Assembly (NCBI GenBank): GCA_030605835.1
Contig: JAUWHO010000001.1
Span: forward strand, 29,966-93,965
Direction: 5' to 3'
DNA: 64,000 nucleotides
Origin: Candidatus Zixiibacteriota bacterium
Lineage (GTDB): Bacteria > Zixibacteria > MSB-5A5 > DG-27
Shown here: piece by piece, positions 55,324 to 64,000 of the stretch
How the letters are laid out: every line of letters starts with the position of its first letter
Numbering within the stretch: the first letter of the stretch is position 1
Notes under the pieces: model-generated
What the model saw: the letters and a program-made list of their open reading frames with translations, nothing else
The model's database searches: none
Told to the model about the DNA's origin: nothing
Position numbers and translations under genes: made by a program

Positions 55324-56088
55324 TCATATTTTGCAAGTGAATCGACCACCTGTCAAGATCACGGGACCGTTGGCGGTGACGACGACGGTGTGCTCGAAAT
55401 GAGCGGAGAGGGAACGATCCTTGGTCACCACCGTCCATTGGTCCTTCAAGGTCTCTATCTCGTAACCCCTCTGGTTGACCATCGGCTCAATCGCCAGAAC
55501 CATGCCCTCCTTGAGAAGGGGACCGGCTCCGGGCTTGCCGTAGTTGGGGATTCGGGGATCTTCGTGCATCTTTTTCCCGATGCCGTGTCCGACCAGATCC
55601 CGAACCACTGAAAACCCGTTGGATTCCACGTGACTCTGGATGGCCCAGGAAATATCGGTCAGATGCCCCCCCGGCCGGGCCACCTCGATCCCTCGATACA
55701 GAGCCTCCTCGGCCACCCGGGCCAACTTCTTCGCCTCCGGGGAAACCCCGTCGACCAGAAAAGTGTAAGCGCTGTCACCATAGTAGCCATCGAGGAGAAC
55801 TCCAACGTCGATCGAGACCAGCTGTCCGGCCTCGATTCTGCGCTCGCCCGGAATCCCGTGAACTACCTCCTCGTCAATGGAGATGCAGATGTTGGCGGGA
55901 TAGCCGTGATAGCCTTTGAAGGCCGCCTTGCCGCCGCGCCTTTCAATATACTCGTTCGCCAGATCATCGAGCACCGCAGTGGTGATCCCGGGCTTAAGAT
56001 TCTCCCTCATCACTTCGAAGGCTCCGGCCACAATCATCCCCGCGGAACGGATTTTCTCTATCTCAGCTTTGGTCTTCAGCGAAATCAT
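55324..56088 (-). CDS. map: Type I methionine aminopeptidase.
   Basis: MISLKTKAEIEKIR start, and His/Asp/Glu metal ligands (ISIDEEVVHGIP...). Confidence 0.9.
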   Translation of the reverse strand: MISLKTKAEIEKIRSAGMIVAGAFEVMRENLKPGITTAVLDDLANEYIERRGGKAAFKGYHGYPANICISIDEEVVHGIPGERRIEAGQLVSIDVGVLLDGYYGDSAYTFLVDGVSPEAKKLARVAEEALYRGIEVARPGGHLTDISWAIQSHVESNGFSVVRDLVGHGIGKKMHEDPRIPNYGKPGAGPLLKEGMVLAIEPMVNQRGYEIETLKDQWTVVTKDRSLSAHFEHTVVVTANGPVILTGGRFTCKI

Positions 56089-56118
56089 AACTACCCTCGG
56101 AGGCAACCTCTCCCTTCT

Positions 56119-56772
56119 TCAGGAAATGGTGATAACCTCTAAGATCATCTCAAAAACAGAAGAGCTGTCCCCCTCCCCATCAACCTCCTTCAGCTTGTAC
56201 TGCAGTCGATAGAAATCCTCGATCGGCCCCGTCCGGTGACGATAAACCTCTAAACGATTCTTTATCACCTCTTCGCTATCATCGGAGCGTCTCTTAAGCT
56301 CCGCCCCACAATGCTCGCAGAGCCGGTCCTCTTTCGGGGGTTTGAAGGAGAGATTGAAAAGGGCGCCGCATTTGGGACAGAAAAGCCTGCCGGTCAGTCT
56401 CTTGATGAGGGTATCATCTGAGACCTTCAGCTTGATCACCTCGTAGATGTTTATCCCCATCTCTCCCAAGATAGAAGTCAATCCCTCCGCCTGGGGGATG
56501 GTTCGAGGGAAACCGTCGAAGATAAAGCCGGAAGCAGTCTCATCTTCCGACAACTTCTCTCTTATGACTTTCAACATCACCCCGTCGGGGACCAGCTCCC
56601 CCCGATCCATATACCCCTTCGCCTCCTGCCCCAAGACCTTGCCGGAGTCGACCGCAGCTCGCAGGATATCCCCGGTGGAGATGTGAACCAGGTTGAACTT
56701 CTCCGCTAAGAGTCTCGCTTGCGTCCCCTTTCCCGAGCCCGGGGGCCCTAAAATTATCAACTTCGGTTTCAT
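56119..56772 (-). CDS. adk: Adenylate kinase with a Cys4 zinc lid.
   Basis: LGPPGSGKGTQ P-loop. LID CPKCG...CEHCG. Confidence 0.9.
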   Translation of the reverse strand: MKPKLIILGPPGSGKGTQARLLAEKFNLVHISTGDILRAAVDSGKVLGQEAKGYMDRGELVPDGVMLKVIREKLSEDETASGFIFDGFPRTIPQAEGLTSILGEMGINIYEVIKLKVSDDTLIKRLTGRLFCPKCGALFNLSFKPPKEDRLCEHCGAELKRRSDDSEEVIKNRLEVYRHRTGPIEDFYRLQYKLKEVDGEGDSSSVFEMILEVITIS

Positions 56773-56802
56773 AGTCACTTTCGACTCCAAGCCCTCTGGC
56801 AG

Positions 56803-58116
56803 CTAAGCCTGTCTTCCTTTCAGCCTCACTTTCTTCATGAAACCCTCGTAATGTCTCTCCAAGAGATGGGCCTCGATTTGCTGCAAGGTGTCCAAGGCTA
56901 CGCCGACGACAATCAAAAGCCCAGTCCCGCCGAAATAGAAAGCGACGTGAAAACTGCTCGCCATCAGGGTGGGCGTTACCGCTATCAGGGCGAAGAAAAT
57001 CGCGCCCGGGAGAGTGATCCGCGTCAAGACCCGATCGATATATTCGGAGGTCTTCTTTCCCGGACGGACTCCGGGAATCTTTCCGTCCTCCCTGGCGATG
57101 CGGTCGGCCATATCAACGGGGTTAACCGCAATGGCAGTATAGAAATAGGCGAAAAAGACGATCATCAATCCGTAAACGATGTTATACAGAAGCGCGTTGG
57201 GCTGAAAATAGCCGGCGAACTCCTGCATCACCTCCGAATTGGGGAAAAAGGTGGTGACGGTGCTGGGGGCAAACATAATCGACTGCGCGAAGATTATCGG
57301 GATGATCCCGGCGGTGTTCACCGAAAGGGGCAGGTGAGTACGGAAAGACCTCCGCATCCTCCGCCCGTAGATTTTCTGTCCATAGTGAACCGGGATCTTT
57401 CTCTGAGACCGGGTAACCAGCACGATGGCGGCCACCACCACAAAGATAACAGCCAATATCAACAGCTCCGAGAGCAGATTTCGATAGCCCGCCAGGAATT
57501 GCTGAGCCTCCCCCAATACCGCCCCCGGCAGTCGGGCGATAACTCCGATGAAGATTATGAGTGATATCCCATTACCTATTCCCCGCTCGGTGATTTGTTC
57601 TCCCAGCCACATGATGAAGATGGTGCCGGAGGTTAAGGTTATCATCGTCAAGAGCTTGAAGCCAGCTCCGGGGTTGGGAACCACCGTGGCCCCGGAGGCG
57701 GTGGTCAGGCTCTCCAGCCACAGGCTGGTGCCGAAGGCCTGCATCACCGAGATCAAGACGGTCCCATAGCGGGTGTACTGGGTGATCTTCCTGCGCCCCT
57801 CTTCCCCCTCCCTCTGCAGTTTCTGGAAATAGGGAAGAACCGCACCCAAAAGCTGGATTATAATGGAGGCGGATATATAGGGCATTATTCCCAGAGCGAA
57901 GATGGTGGCACGACTGAGATTTCCACCGGCGAACATATCGTAGAGACCGAACAGGGAGCCCTTGGCCAGCTCGAAGAACTCCTGCAGCGCCGCGGCATTA
58001 ATCCCCGGAGAGGAGATGTGTCCGCCGAGACGGTAGACGATCAGAATCCCCAAGGTGAAGAGAATCCTCTTTCGTAGCTCCGGAATCTTGAAGATGTTCC
58101 TGAAACTCTGAATCAT
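56803..58116 (-). CDS. secY: Preprotein translocase subunit SecY.
   Basis: 10-TM protein with N-terminal [23 protein letters not shown]. Confidence 0.93.
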   Translation of the reverse strand: MIQSFRNIFKIPELRKRILFTLGILIVYRLGGHISSPGINAAALQEFFELAKGSLFGLYDMFAGGNLSRATIFALGIMPYISASIIIQLLGAVLPYFQKLQREGEEGRRKITQYTRYGTVLISVMQAFGTSLWLESLTTASGATVVPNPGAGFKLLTMITLTSGTIFIMWLGEQITERGIGNGISLIIFIGVIARLPGAVLGEAQQFLAGYRNLLSELLILAVIFVVVAAIVLVTRSQRKIPVHYGQKIYGRRMRRSFRTHLPLSVNTAGIIPIIFAQSIMFAPSTVTTFFPNSEVMQEFAGYFQPNALLYNIVYGLMIVFFAYFYTAIAVNPVDMADRIAREDGKIPGVRPGKKTSEYIDRVLTRITLPGAIFFALIAVTPTLMASSFHVAFYFGGTGLLIVVGVALDTLQQIEAHLLERHYEGFMKKVRLKGRQA

Positions 58117-58556
58117 CAGATGACCTCTACCCTACCCCCGGCGGCCTCGATCTTCTGCCGGGCGCTCCGGCTGAAGGCGTTGGCGGCGACGGTGGCGGCG
58201 AACTTCATCTCTCCACCGCCGAGGATCTTTATGGGCAAATCGATTTTTCTTACGATTCCCCTCTCTTGTAAGATGTCAGGGTCGATCCTTTCCAACCCGG
58301 TCAGAGCTTCCAACCTATCTAAGTTGACTATCACAAACTCCCTTTTGAAGGGGGATCTGAAACCCCTTTTGGGGAGCCTTCTTGAGAGCGGCATCTGCCC
58401 CCCCTCGAAATAGGCCTTGCTTTTGTACCCGGAGCGGGACTTCTGCCCCTTGTGGCCCCTGGTGGAGGTCTTGCCGTGACCACTTCCAGGTCCGCGCCCC
58501 ACCCGCTTGCGCTTCCTGGTGGAACCCGGAGGTTTTCTGAGTTCTCCCAACTTCAT
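58116..58556 (-). CDS. rplO: 50S ribosomal protein L15.
   Basis: [31 protein letters not shown]. Confidence 0.9.
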   Translation of the reverse strand: MKLGELRKPPGSTRKRKRVGRGPGSGHGKTSTRGHKGQKSRSGYKSKAYFEGGQMPLSRRLPKRGFRSPFKREFVIVNLDRLEALTGLERIDPDILQERGIVRKIDLPIKILGGGEMKFAATVAANAFSRSARQKIEAAGGRVEVI

Positions 58557-58561
58557 AGATG

Positions 58562-58744
58562 CTACTCTTCTTCCATCTCCACCAGGTGGCGGACCTTCGA
58601 TATCATTCCCCGAATCTGAGGCGTGTCCTTGTGGGTTACAGTCTGGTGCATCTTCCTCAAACCCAGAGCCTGGAGAGTTCTCTTCTGTTTCTGAATAGAA
58701 TCGTTGGAGCTTCTCACCTGCGTTATCTTCAATCTCTTCGCCAA
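58562..58744 (-). CDS. rpmD: 50S ribosomal protein L30.
   Basis: [12 protein letters not shown]...[12 protein letters not shown]. Confidence 0.85.
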   Translation of the reverse strand: MAKRLKITQVRSSNDSIQKQKRTLQALGLRKMHQTVTHKDTPQIRGMISKVRHLVEMEEE

Positions 58745-58768
58745 CGTACTGCTCCCCAGCTTAAAAGT

Positions 58769-59302
58769 CTATGCCCTCTTTCGAGCTTTCTTCTCTTCGG
58801 GTGCCCTCTCTTTGCCCAGGCCGCTTTTTCTGAAGTTATCGATCTCCCCAATCCTCTTTAGCTCCAAGAGCCCGTTCATGGTGGCTTTGACGACATTGTG
58901 CAGATTGGGAGATCCGAGGGACTTCGTCAATATATCCTGCACCCCCGCGACCTCCAAGACCGCCCTGACCCCACCTCCCGCGATAACCCCGGTCCCGGGG
59001 GCCGCCGGTTTCAGAAGCACCCGGGCAGCGCCAAACTTTCCCACAATCTCATAGGGGATGGTACCACCAACCAGGGGAACTGTAGCCAGAGCTTTCTGGG
59101 CAGCTTCGGTTCCCTTTCTCACCGCAGCCGCGACCTCCTTGGCCTTTCCCAGACCAACTCCGACTCGACCGCGCTTGTCGCCGACAGCCACTAACGCCGT
59201 AAACCCGAAACGCCGCCCCCCCTTGACCACCTTGGCGACCCGGTTTATGTGAATTACCCTCTCCTCGTATTCTAGAACTGCTTCCCCAAGATTCCCAATC
59301 AT
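58769..59302 (-). CDS. rpsE: 30S ribosomal protein S5.
   Basis: [27 protein letters not shown]. Confidence 0.92.
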   Translation of the reverse strand: MIGNLGEAVLEYEERVIHINRVAKVVKGGRRFGFTALVAVGDKRGRVGVGLGKAKEVAAAVRKGTEAAQKALATVPLVGGTIPYEIVGKFGAARVLLKPAAPGTGVIAGGGVRAVLEVAGVQDILTKSLGSPNLHNVVKATMNGLLELKRIGEIDNFRKSGLGKERAPEEKKARKRA

Positions 59303-59334
59303 CTTCGCCTCAAACCTTCCAAATGACGAATGCC

Positions 59335-59721
59335 TCAGAACTGCAAACCGCCTTCCCTGGCAGCCTCAGCCAGGGCCTTGACCCTCCCCCCATAAGCATT
59401 ACCGTTACGATCGAAGATCACACTTTCGATTCCTCTCTCCTTGGCCATCCGGGCCAGGTGAGCTCCCACGATTTTGGCAATCTCTAATTTCCTCATACCC
59501 GGCTGGAAGCTCTCCCGGAGTGCCGGACAGAGAGAGGAGACTCCAGTTATGGTCTTCTGGGAGGCATCGTCCGCAAACTGTCCGTATATCTGTCTCAAGC
59601 TCTTGTACACCACCAGCCGCGGTCTTTCGGGAGTCCCGTAAAGTCTCCTCTTTGATCGCTTCTTCCTTCTTTCGGCCCTCAACTTGATCTTTTTCAATCT
59701 GTCAGGCATCTTTCGGCTCAA
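59335..59721 (-). CDS. rplR: 50S ribosomal protein L18.
   Basis: [15 protein letters not shown]...[22 protein letters not shown]. Confidence 0.9.
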   Translation of the reverse strand: MSRKMPDRLKKIKLRAERRKKRSKRRLYGTPERPRLVVYKSLRQIYGQFADDASQKTITGVSSLCPALRESFQPGMRKLEIAKIVGAHLARMAKERGIESVIFDRNGNAYGGRVKALAEAAREGGLQF

Positions 59722-60278
59722 GCTCCAACGGTCTTTCCAGCTTTGTGACGAACGGCCTCCCCAAGATATCGAATCCCCTTCCCCTTGTACGGCTCCGGCG
59801 GCCTGACGGAGCGGATCTTGGCAGCAACATCTCCCACCAGCTGCTTGTCAATTCCGGAGACGACTATCTCCTGGGTCGGGGGCTTAGTTCCTTTGGGGGA
59901 ACCGACCTCTACCGTTATCCCCTCCGGAAGAGAGAACACCACCTTATGCGAAAGTTGAACCTCCACCGAGAGGACTTTGCCCACCATCTCGGCACGATAA
60001 CCGGTGCCCACTATCTGCAGCCTCTTCTCGAAACCCTCGGTGACTCCGGTGACCATGTTCGCCAAAAGGGTTCTGGTCAAGCCGTGGAGGGATTTATGCC
60101 TCTTTGAGTCTGTGGCTCTCTTTACCAGGATGCGGGAATCATCGATCTCGATGCCCGTCCCCTCTGGCAACTGGTGTCCCAAGCTCCCCCGGGGACCTTC
60201 GACCGTGACCCTGCGGTCGTCCAAAGTGACTTTGGTTCCCTCGGGGATGACTATGGGCACCTTTCCGATTCTAGACAC
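59718..60278 (-). CDS. rplF: 50S ribosomal protein L6.
   Basis: MSRIGKVPIVIPEGTKVTLD, and two L6 domains. Confidence 0.92.
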   Translation of the reverse strand: MSRIGKVPIVIPEGTKVTLDDRRVTVEGPRGSLGHQLPEGTGIEIDDSRILVKRATDSKRHKSLHGLTRTLLANMVTGVTEGFEKRLQIVGTGYRAEMVGKVLSVEVQLSHKVVFSLPEGITVEVGSPKGTKPPTQEIVVSGIDKQLVGDVAAKIRSVRPPEPYKGKGIRYLGEAVRHKAGKTVGA

Positions 60279-60293
60279 CGCTTATCACCTTCT

Positions 60294-60692
60294 CTACCAG
60301 ACCCGACACAGAAGCTCTCCCCCAATACCCATCCTCCGAGCCTCGGCGTCGGTCATAACCCCGGAGGAGGTGGAGACGATCAACATCCCCAGGTGCCGAG
60401 TCATCTTCCGAATCCGGTCTTTGTCGTAGTAAATGCGCAGACCTGGCTTGGAAAGCCTTTTCAAGCCGGTTATGATGCTCTCCCCGGAGGCGGTATAGCT
60501 CAGACCAAGACGCAGAGTCCCCTGTTTGTTGTCGTCAACAGACTCCAGCTTGGAGATGTAGTTGCCCTCCAGGAGGATCTCGGCGATCCGGCGTTTGATT
60601 TTGGAGGCCGGGATTTCGACCTCTTTGTGTTGGGCCCGGCAAGCGTTTCGCAGCCGAGTCAACATGTCAGCAATGGGGTCCGTCATCGTCAT
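60294..60692 (-). CDS. rpsH: 30S ribosomal protein S8.
   Basis: MTMTDPIADMLTRLRNA. Confidence 0.92.
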   Translation of the reverse strand: MTMTDPIADMLTRLRNACRAQHKEVEIPASKIKRRIAEILLEGNYISKLESVDDNKQGTLRLGLSYTASGESIITGLKRLSKPGLRIYYDKDRIRKMTRHLGMLIVSTSSGVMTDAEARRMGIGGELLCRVW

Positions 60693-60702
60693 AGCTAAGC
60701 TC

Positions 60703-60888
60703 TCACCAGCTGGCTTTCACCACTCCCGGGACATGTCCGGCCAAGGCCAACTCTCGAAAACAGATGCGACACAATCCGAAACGGCGCATATAGCCTCGGG
60801 GTCGGCCGCAGCGTCGACAACGATTGTGATACCTCACCGGAAATTTGGGTTTCCTCTTCCACTTCTCTATCTTACATTTCTTGGCCAC
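60703..60888 (-). CDS. rpsZ: 30S ribosomal protein S14, type Z (zinc-binding).
   Basis: A 61-aa protein with [20 protein letters not shown]. Confidence 0.9.
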   Translation of the reverse strand: MAKKCKIEKWKRKPKFPVRYHNRCRRCGRPRGYMRRFGLCRICFRELALAGHVPGVVKASW

Positions 60889-60899
60889 GAAATCCCCTT

Positions 60900-61442
60900 C
60901 TATTTCTCCCGAAACGGCATTCCCAACTCCTTTAAAAGCTCGTAAGCCTCGCGGTCGGTCTGGGCGGTAGTAACAATAGTGACGTTCATCCCCCGGATTT
61001 TCTGAACCTTGTCGTACTCGATCTCCGGAAATATGATTTGCTCCTCCAAACCCAGGGTGTAGTTCCCTCGTCCGTCGAAAGACTTCTTGGGCAAGCCGCG
61101 AAAGTCCCTGATTCTGGGAATGGCGACGTTCACCAGCCGGTCGAAGAACTCATACATCCTCCGGCCTCTTAAGGTGACGCTGGCACCGATGGCCATCCCA
61201 GCTCGAAGCTTGAAATTGGAGATCGACTTTCTGGCCCGACGGAGGACCGCCCGCTGACCGGTTATGATGCCGAGCTCCTCCGCCCCCACCTCTAAGAGCT
61301 TGGGATTGGAGATGGCGTCGCCAACCCCGATGTTAACGACAACCCTTTCAAGCTTGGGCACCTGCATTATGTTCTCATAACCCAGGCGCTTTTGCAGCTC
61401 CCCCCTCACCCGCTCAAGGTATTTCTGTTTGAGCCGACTCAT
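60900..61442 (-). CDS. rplE: 50S ribosomal protein L5.
   Basis: [12 protein letters not shown]... Start moved from the track ORF (61535) to MSRLKQ. Confidence 0.9.
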   Translation of the reverse strand: MSRLKQKYLERVRGELQKRLGYENIMQVPKLERVVVNIGVGDAISNPKLLEVGAEELGIITGQRAVLRRARKSISNFKLRAGMAIGASVTLRGRRMYEFFDRLVNVAIPRIRDFRGLPKKSFDGRGNYTLGLEEQIIFPEIEYDKVQKIRGMNVTIVTTAQTDREAYELLKELGMPFREK

Positions 61443-61447
61443 AACAG

Positions 61448-61765
61448 TTACAGGATCTCCCCACACTTTTTGCAGATTCGCACCTTGGTGCCGTCCTCTA
61501 AGACACGATAGCCGACCCGGGTAGCGGAGGAGCACTTGTTGCAGTAAAGCATCACATTGGAAATATGGACGGTCCCCTCCTTCTCGATGACCCCCCCCTT
61601 GGGGTTGCGTCTGGTGGGACGCGAATGACGCTTCACCATATTTATCCCCTCCACCAGAATGCGTCTCTCCTCCGGAAAAACCTTAAGCACCCTGGCGATG
61701 TTGCTCTTCTGGGTGCGCCCCTTGCCGGCAATCACCATCACGGTGTCGTTCTTCTTTATCCTCAT
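61448..61765 (-). CDS. rplX: 50S ribosomal protein L24.
   Basis: [22 protein letters not shown] motif. Confidence 0.9.
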   Translation of the reverse strand: MRIKKNDTVMVIAGKGRTQKSNIARVLKVFPEERRILVEGINMVKRHSRPTRRNPKGGVIEKEGTVHISNVMLYCNKCSSATRVGYRVLEDGTKVRICKKCGEIL

Positions 61766-61779
61766 TACCGCTTAAAACC

Positions 61780-62148
61780 TCATAAGACCTCGGGGGCCAG
61801 GGAGACTATCTTCATGAACTGTTTCTCCCGAAGTTCCCGGGCCACCGGCCCGAAGATGCGGGTGCCGCGGGGTTCTCCCTGCTCATTTATCAGGACCGCG
61901 GCGTTGTCCGAGAAACGGATGTAAGTGCCGTCACGTCTCTTGGTCTCCTTGGTGGTGCGCACCACCACCGCCTTGGAGATGTCGCTCTTCTTGACGGTTC
62001 CACCGGGGATGGCAGCCTTCACGGTGACGACGATGATGTCTCCGACCCGGGCATATCTCCTCTTGGAACCTCCCAGAACTCGGAAGCACATTACCTTCTT
62101 GGCTCCGGAGTTGTCGGCAACGTTCAGTCTGGTTTGCTCCTGAATCAT
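61780..62148 (-). CDS. rplN: 50S ribosomal protein L14.
   Basis: [28 protein letters not shown]. Confidence 0.93.
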   Translation of the reverse strand: MIQEQTRLNVADNSGAKKVMCFRVLGGSKRRYARVGDIIVVTVKAAIPGGTVKKSDISKAVVVRTTKETKRRDGTYIRFSDNAAVLINEQGEPRGTRIFGPVARELREKQFMKIVSLAPEVL

Positions 62149-62149
62149 C

Positions 62150-62422
62150 TTATCTCGCCTTCTCCAGGACTTCGACCAGACGCCACCTTTTGTTTCTGGA
62201 AAGCGGACGGGTCTCCATGACCTTCACCAAATCCCCGACCATAGAGCGGTTTTCCTCATCGTGGGCAAACAGCTTCGTGGTGCGGGTAATCACCTTCTTG
62301 TAAATGGGGTGGGCCATCCGACGTTCGATTGCCACCACCACGGTCTTGTCCATCTTGTTGGAGACCACCCGGCCGACCCGCTCTTTCCTTCTGCCCCGCT
62401 TAAGGGTCTTTCTCTCCTCCAT
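62150..62422 (-). CDS. rpsQ: 30S ribosomal protein S17.
   Basis: [23 protein letters not shown]. Confidence 0.88.
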   Translation of the reverse strand: MEERKTLKRGRRKERVGRVVSNKMDKTVVVAIERRMAHPIYKKVITRTTKLFAHDEENRSMVGDLVKVMETRPLSRNKRWRLVEVLEKAR

Positions 62423-62437
62423 CTTCAACACACCACT

Positions 62438-62659
62438 CTATTTTTCAGAATTTGCCGCTATTTCCCTGATTCCCCGCTCACCCTCCTTGAGGATGGTGTT
62501 GAGCCGGGCCAGTTCCCGGCGCAAGGTCCTGACCTTGAGAGGGTTATCCAGATACTGAGTCGATCGCCTCAAGCGGAGATTGAAGAGCTCCTCCTCTAAG
62601 TCTCTCTTTCTTTGAAGAATCTCCTCGGTGGTCAGATCTCGAATCTGCCGCGGTTTCAT
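62438..62659 (-). CDS. rpmC: 50S ribosomal protein L29.
   Basis: MKPRQIRDLTTEEILQRKRDLEEELFNLR. Confidence 0.88.
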   Translation of the reverse strand: MKPRQIRDLTTEEILQRKRDLEEELFNLRLRRSTQYLDNPLKVRTLRRELARLNTILKEGERGIREIAANSEK

Positions 62660-62662
62660 TTA

Positions 62663-63085
62663 CTAGTCTCCGAACTGCTCGCTTCTGGTTACGATCTTGG
62701 TTCTGATCGGGAGCTTGGCCGCCGCCAAACTCATCGCCTCCCGGGCCAGCTGTTCTGAGACCCCCTCTAGCTCGAACAGCACCCGTCCAGGTTTGACCAC
62801 CGCCACCCAGGATTCCGGCGCCCCCTTACCCTTACCCATACGGGTCTCGGCGGGCTTTTTGGTCACCGGCTTGTCGGGGAAGATGCGGATCCAAACCTTC
62901 CCCCCACGTTTGATGTGACGGGTCAGAGCTACCCGGGCCGCCTCTATCTGGCGATTGGTGATCCAGGCCGCCTGAAGGGCCCTCAGCCCATACTCACCGA
63001 AGCTCACCCGGGAGCCCCGGTAGGCTTTGCCGCGCATCTTCCGACGCTGCTGCTTTCTGAACTTCACCCTCTTGGGCATTAGCAT
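62663..63085 (-). CDS. rplP: 50S ribosomal protein L16.
   Basis: [21 protein letters not shown]. Start moved to MLMPKR. Confidence 0.92.
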   Translation of the reverse strand: MLMPKRVKFRKQQRRKMRGKAYRGSRVSFGEYGLRALQAAWITNRQIEAARVALTRHIKRGGKVWIRIFPDKPVTKKPAETRMGKGKGAPESWVAVVKPGRVLFELEGVSEQLAREAMSLAAAKLPIRTKIVTRSEQFGD

Positions 63086-63101
63086 TTTAGCCGACCTCCG
63101 C

Positions 63102-63968
63102 TCACTTCGACCCACCCTCCTTCACTGTTCCGCCTCCCCCGGGGCTGCGGCCGGGAGCCTCTCTCTTGGCTGCCCCTTTGGCTTCCGCGGAGGCCCCAGG
63201 TCTTTTCCTGCGAATGCGACCGCGTCGCCTCCGCTTGGGAGCCTCCTTAGGTCTGGCCCTGTCTGCCTCCCTCCTTCTGCTCACCAGGGAATCCTCGGGG
63301 AGGGGCTCGAATTTCTTATCGATCGCCTCTAAGTATTCTGGAGTGCCCAGGACCTCTCCCTTGCAAATCCAGACCTTCACTCCGATGGTACCATAAGTGG
63401 TATTGGCGGTGGCGGTGGAGTAATCTATGTCCGCTCTGAGAGTGTGAAGGGGAACTCTCCCCTCGTGATACTTCTCTTTCCGGGCGATTTCAGCCCCCCC
63501 CAGCCGTCCCCCGCAAATCACCTTGATTCCCTCGGCGCCTAATTTCATCGCCGCCGAGACCGCCCTTTTCATGGCTCGCCGGAAGGAAACTCTCCCCTCC
63601 AGTTGTTTGGCGATGCTCTCCGCGACCAGCTTGGCGGACAGCTCCGGCTTTTTCACCTCGATAATGTTCAAGACAACCTCTTTGCCGGTGAGCATCTGTA
63701 GCTCCCCCTTGAGTTTGTCGACCTCCACACCCTTACGACCGATGACAATTCCCGGCCTGGCGGTGTGGATGTCGATAGTGACCCTTCGGGGCGCCCGGAG
63801 ACTCTCGATGTTGGCAATCCCGGCATGCTCCAGACGCTTCTCGGTGTAACGACGCAGAAGAAGGTCTTCGTTCAACAGCTCCGCGAAGCCAGAGTCCGTA
63901 AACCACTTCGAACGCCAGCTTTTGATAATCCCCAACCTCAGGCCGTATGGATGGGTCTTTTGTCCCAA
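63102..63968 (-). CDS. rpsC: 30S ribosomal protein S3 with an Arg/Lys/Ala-rich C-terminal extension of about 70 aa (TTG start).
   Basis: (M)[17 protein letters not shown], and a KH domain. TTG start 8 nt after GAGGAGGAGG. Tail [28 protein letters not shown]... Confidence 0.9.
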   Translation of the reverse strand: MGQKTHPYGLRLGIIKSWRSKWFTDSGFAELLNEDLLLRRYTEKRLEHAGIANIESLRAPRRVTIDIHTARPGIVIGRKGVEVDKLKGELQMLTGKEVVLNIIEVKKPELSAKLVAESIAKQLEGRVSFRRAMKRAVSAAMKLGAEGIKVICGGRLGGAEIARKEKYHEGRVPLHTLRADIDYSTATANTTYGTIGVKVWICKGEVLGTPEYLEAIDKKFEPLPEDSLVSRRREADRARPKEAPKRRRRGRIRRKRPGASAEAKGAAKREAPGRSPGGGGTVKEGGSK

Positions 63969-63985
63969 ACAGTCCTCCTCCTCGA

Positions 63986-64000
63986 CTACGTTTTCCGCCT
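63986..64000 (-). CDS. rplV: 3' end of the upstream ribosomal gene, presumably rplV (L22). Only about 4 codons are in the window.
   Basis: A stop codon at 63986-63988 in a frame running off the window edge, and the conserved operon order. Not verifiable from 15 nt. Confidence 0.25.
   Translation of the reverse strand, partial: RRKT

Overview
This 64 kb window reads as a chromosomal segment from a mid-to-high-GC bacterium that uses Shine-Dalgarno sites and TTGACA-type promoters. Many of its secreted proteins end in a type-A T9SS C-terminal sorting domain (Por_Secre_tail-like: ...YPNPFN...VYNLLGQKV.TLV...AGY.SV.WDAS.VSSGLYFYKLTAGDF.ETKRMMLVK), which points to an FCB-superphylum-like lineage. 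I cannot place it further.

Layout:
- 1-1.1 kb: a DUF4258/YgiT-zinc-finger toxin-antitoxin pair, next to a duplicated 3' fragment of the downstream ClC channel gene.
- 1.1-2.9 kb: a ClC chloride channel with C-terminal CBS domains.
- 3-9 kb: an array of Pmp-like parallel beta-helix T9SS cargo paralogs on the minus strand. It is interrupted by a tRNA-Asn-like gene with a non-pairing acceptor stem, a SAM methyltransferase, a mosaic internally deleted pseudogene, and orphan CTD fragments. The 5' regions are near-identical.
- 9-18 kb: housekeeping genes (mazG, valS, a DUF4139 protein, a TPR lipoprotein, priA).
- 18-28 kb: a second, plus-strand T9SS cargo array (beta-helix, C25-like peptidase, transglutaminase-like, unknown). 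A roughly 2.5 kb visibly AT-rich island is inserted into it. The island holds three tandem TIR-domain genes, each with the SxW...E catalytic-Glu signature, and one carries an uncharacterized C-terminal domain. I rate this the most likely undescribed system: a Thoeris-like or TIR-effector defense island that lacks a recognizable ThsA or cyclase.
- 28-31 kb: an ECF sigma factor, its anti-sigma factor, and two LTxxQ (Spy/CpxP-like) proteins.
- 31-37.4 kb: mreB, a YhaM-like HD/OB nuclease, thi4, an orphan MalK-like ABC ATPase, and a 23-residue G-[DN]-D-x-Y repeat protein.
- 38-41.9 kb: an exosortase-EpsI locus with a BioF-like aminotransferase, a structured leader, and an OMP beta-barrel.
- 41.9-50.2 kb: NifU, Mrp/ApbC, a HEAT-cyclophilin fusion, an Avd-like four-helix-bundle gene plus a Phd/RelE pair in a lower-GC mini-insert, and PBP1A.
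- 48.8-51.7 kb: a deoA-cdd-deoB nucleoside salvage operon.
- 51.8-64 kb: the rpoA/spc/S10 ribosomal protein cluster through to rpsC, with secY-adk-map-infA-rpmJ.

A dispersed GGTAG-rich repeat with heptamer periodicity lies just upstream of four start codons. All coordinates and calls are from reading the sequence and the ORF track. Domain calls are motif-based and were not searched against databases.
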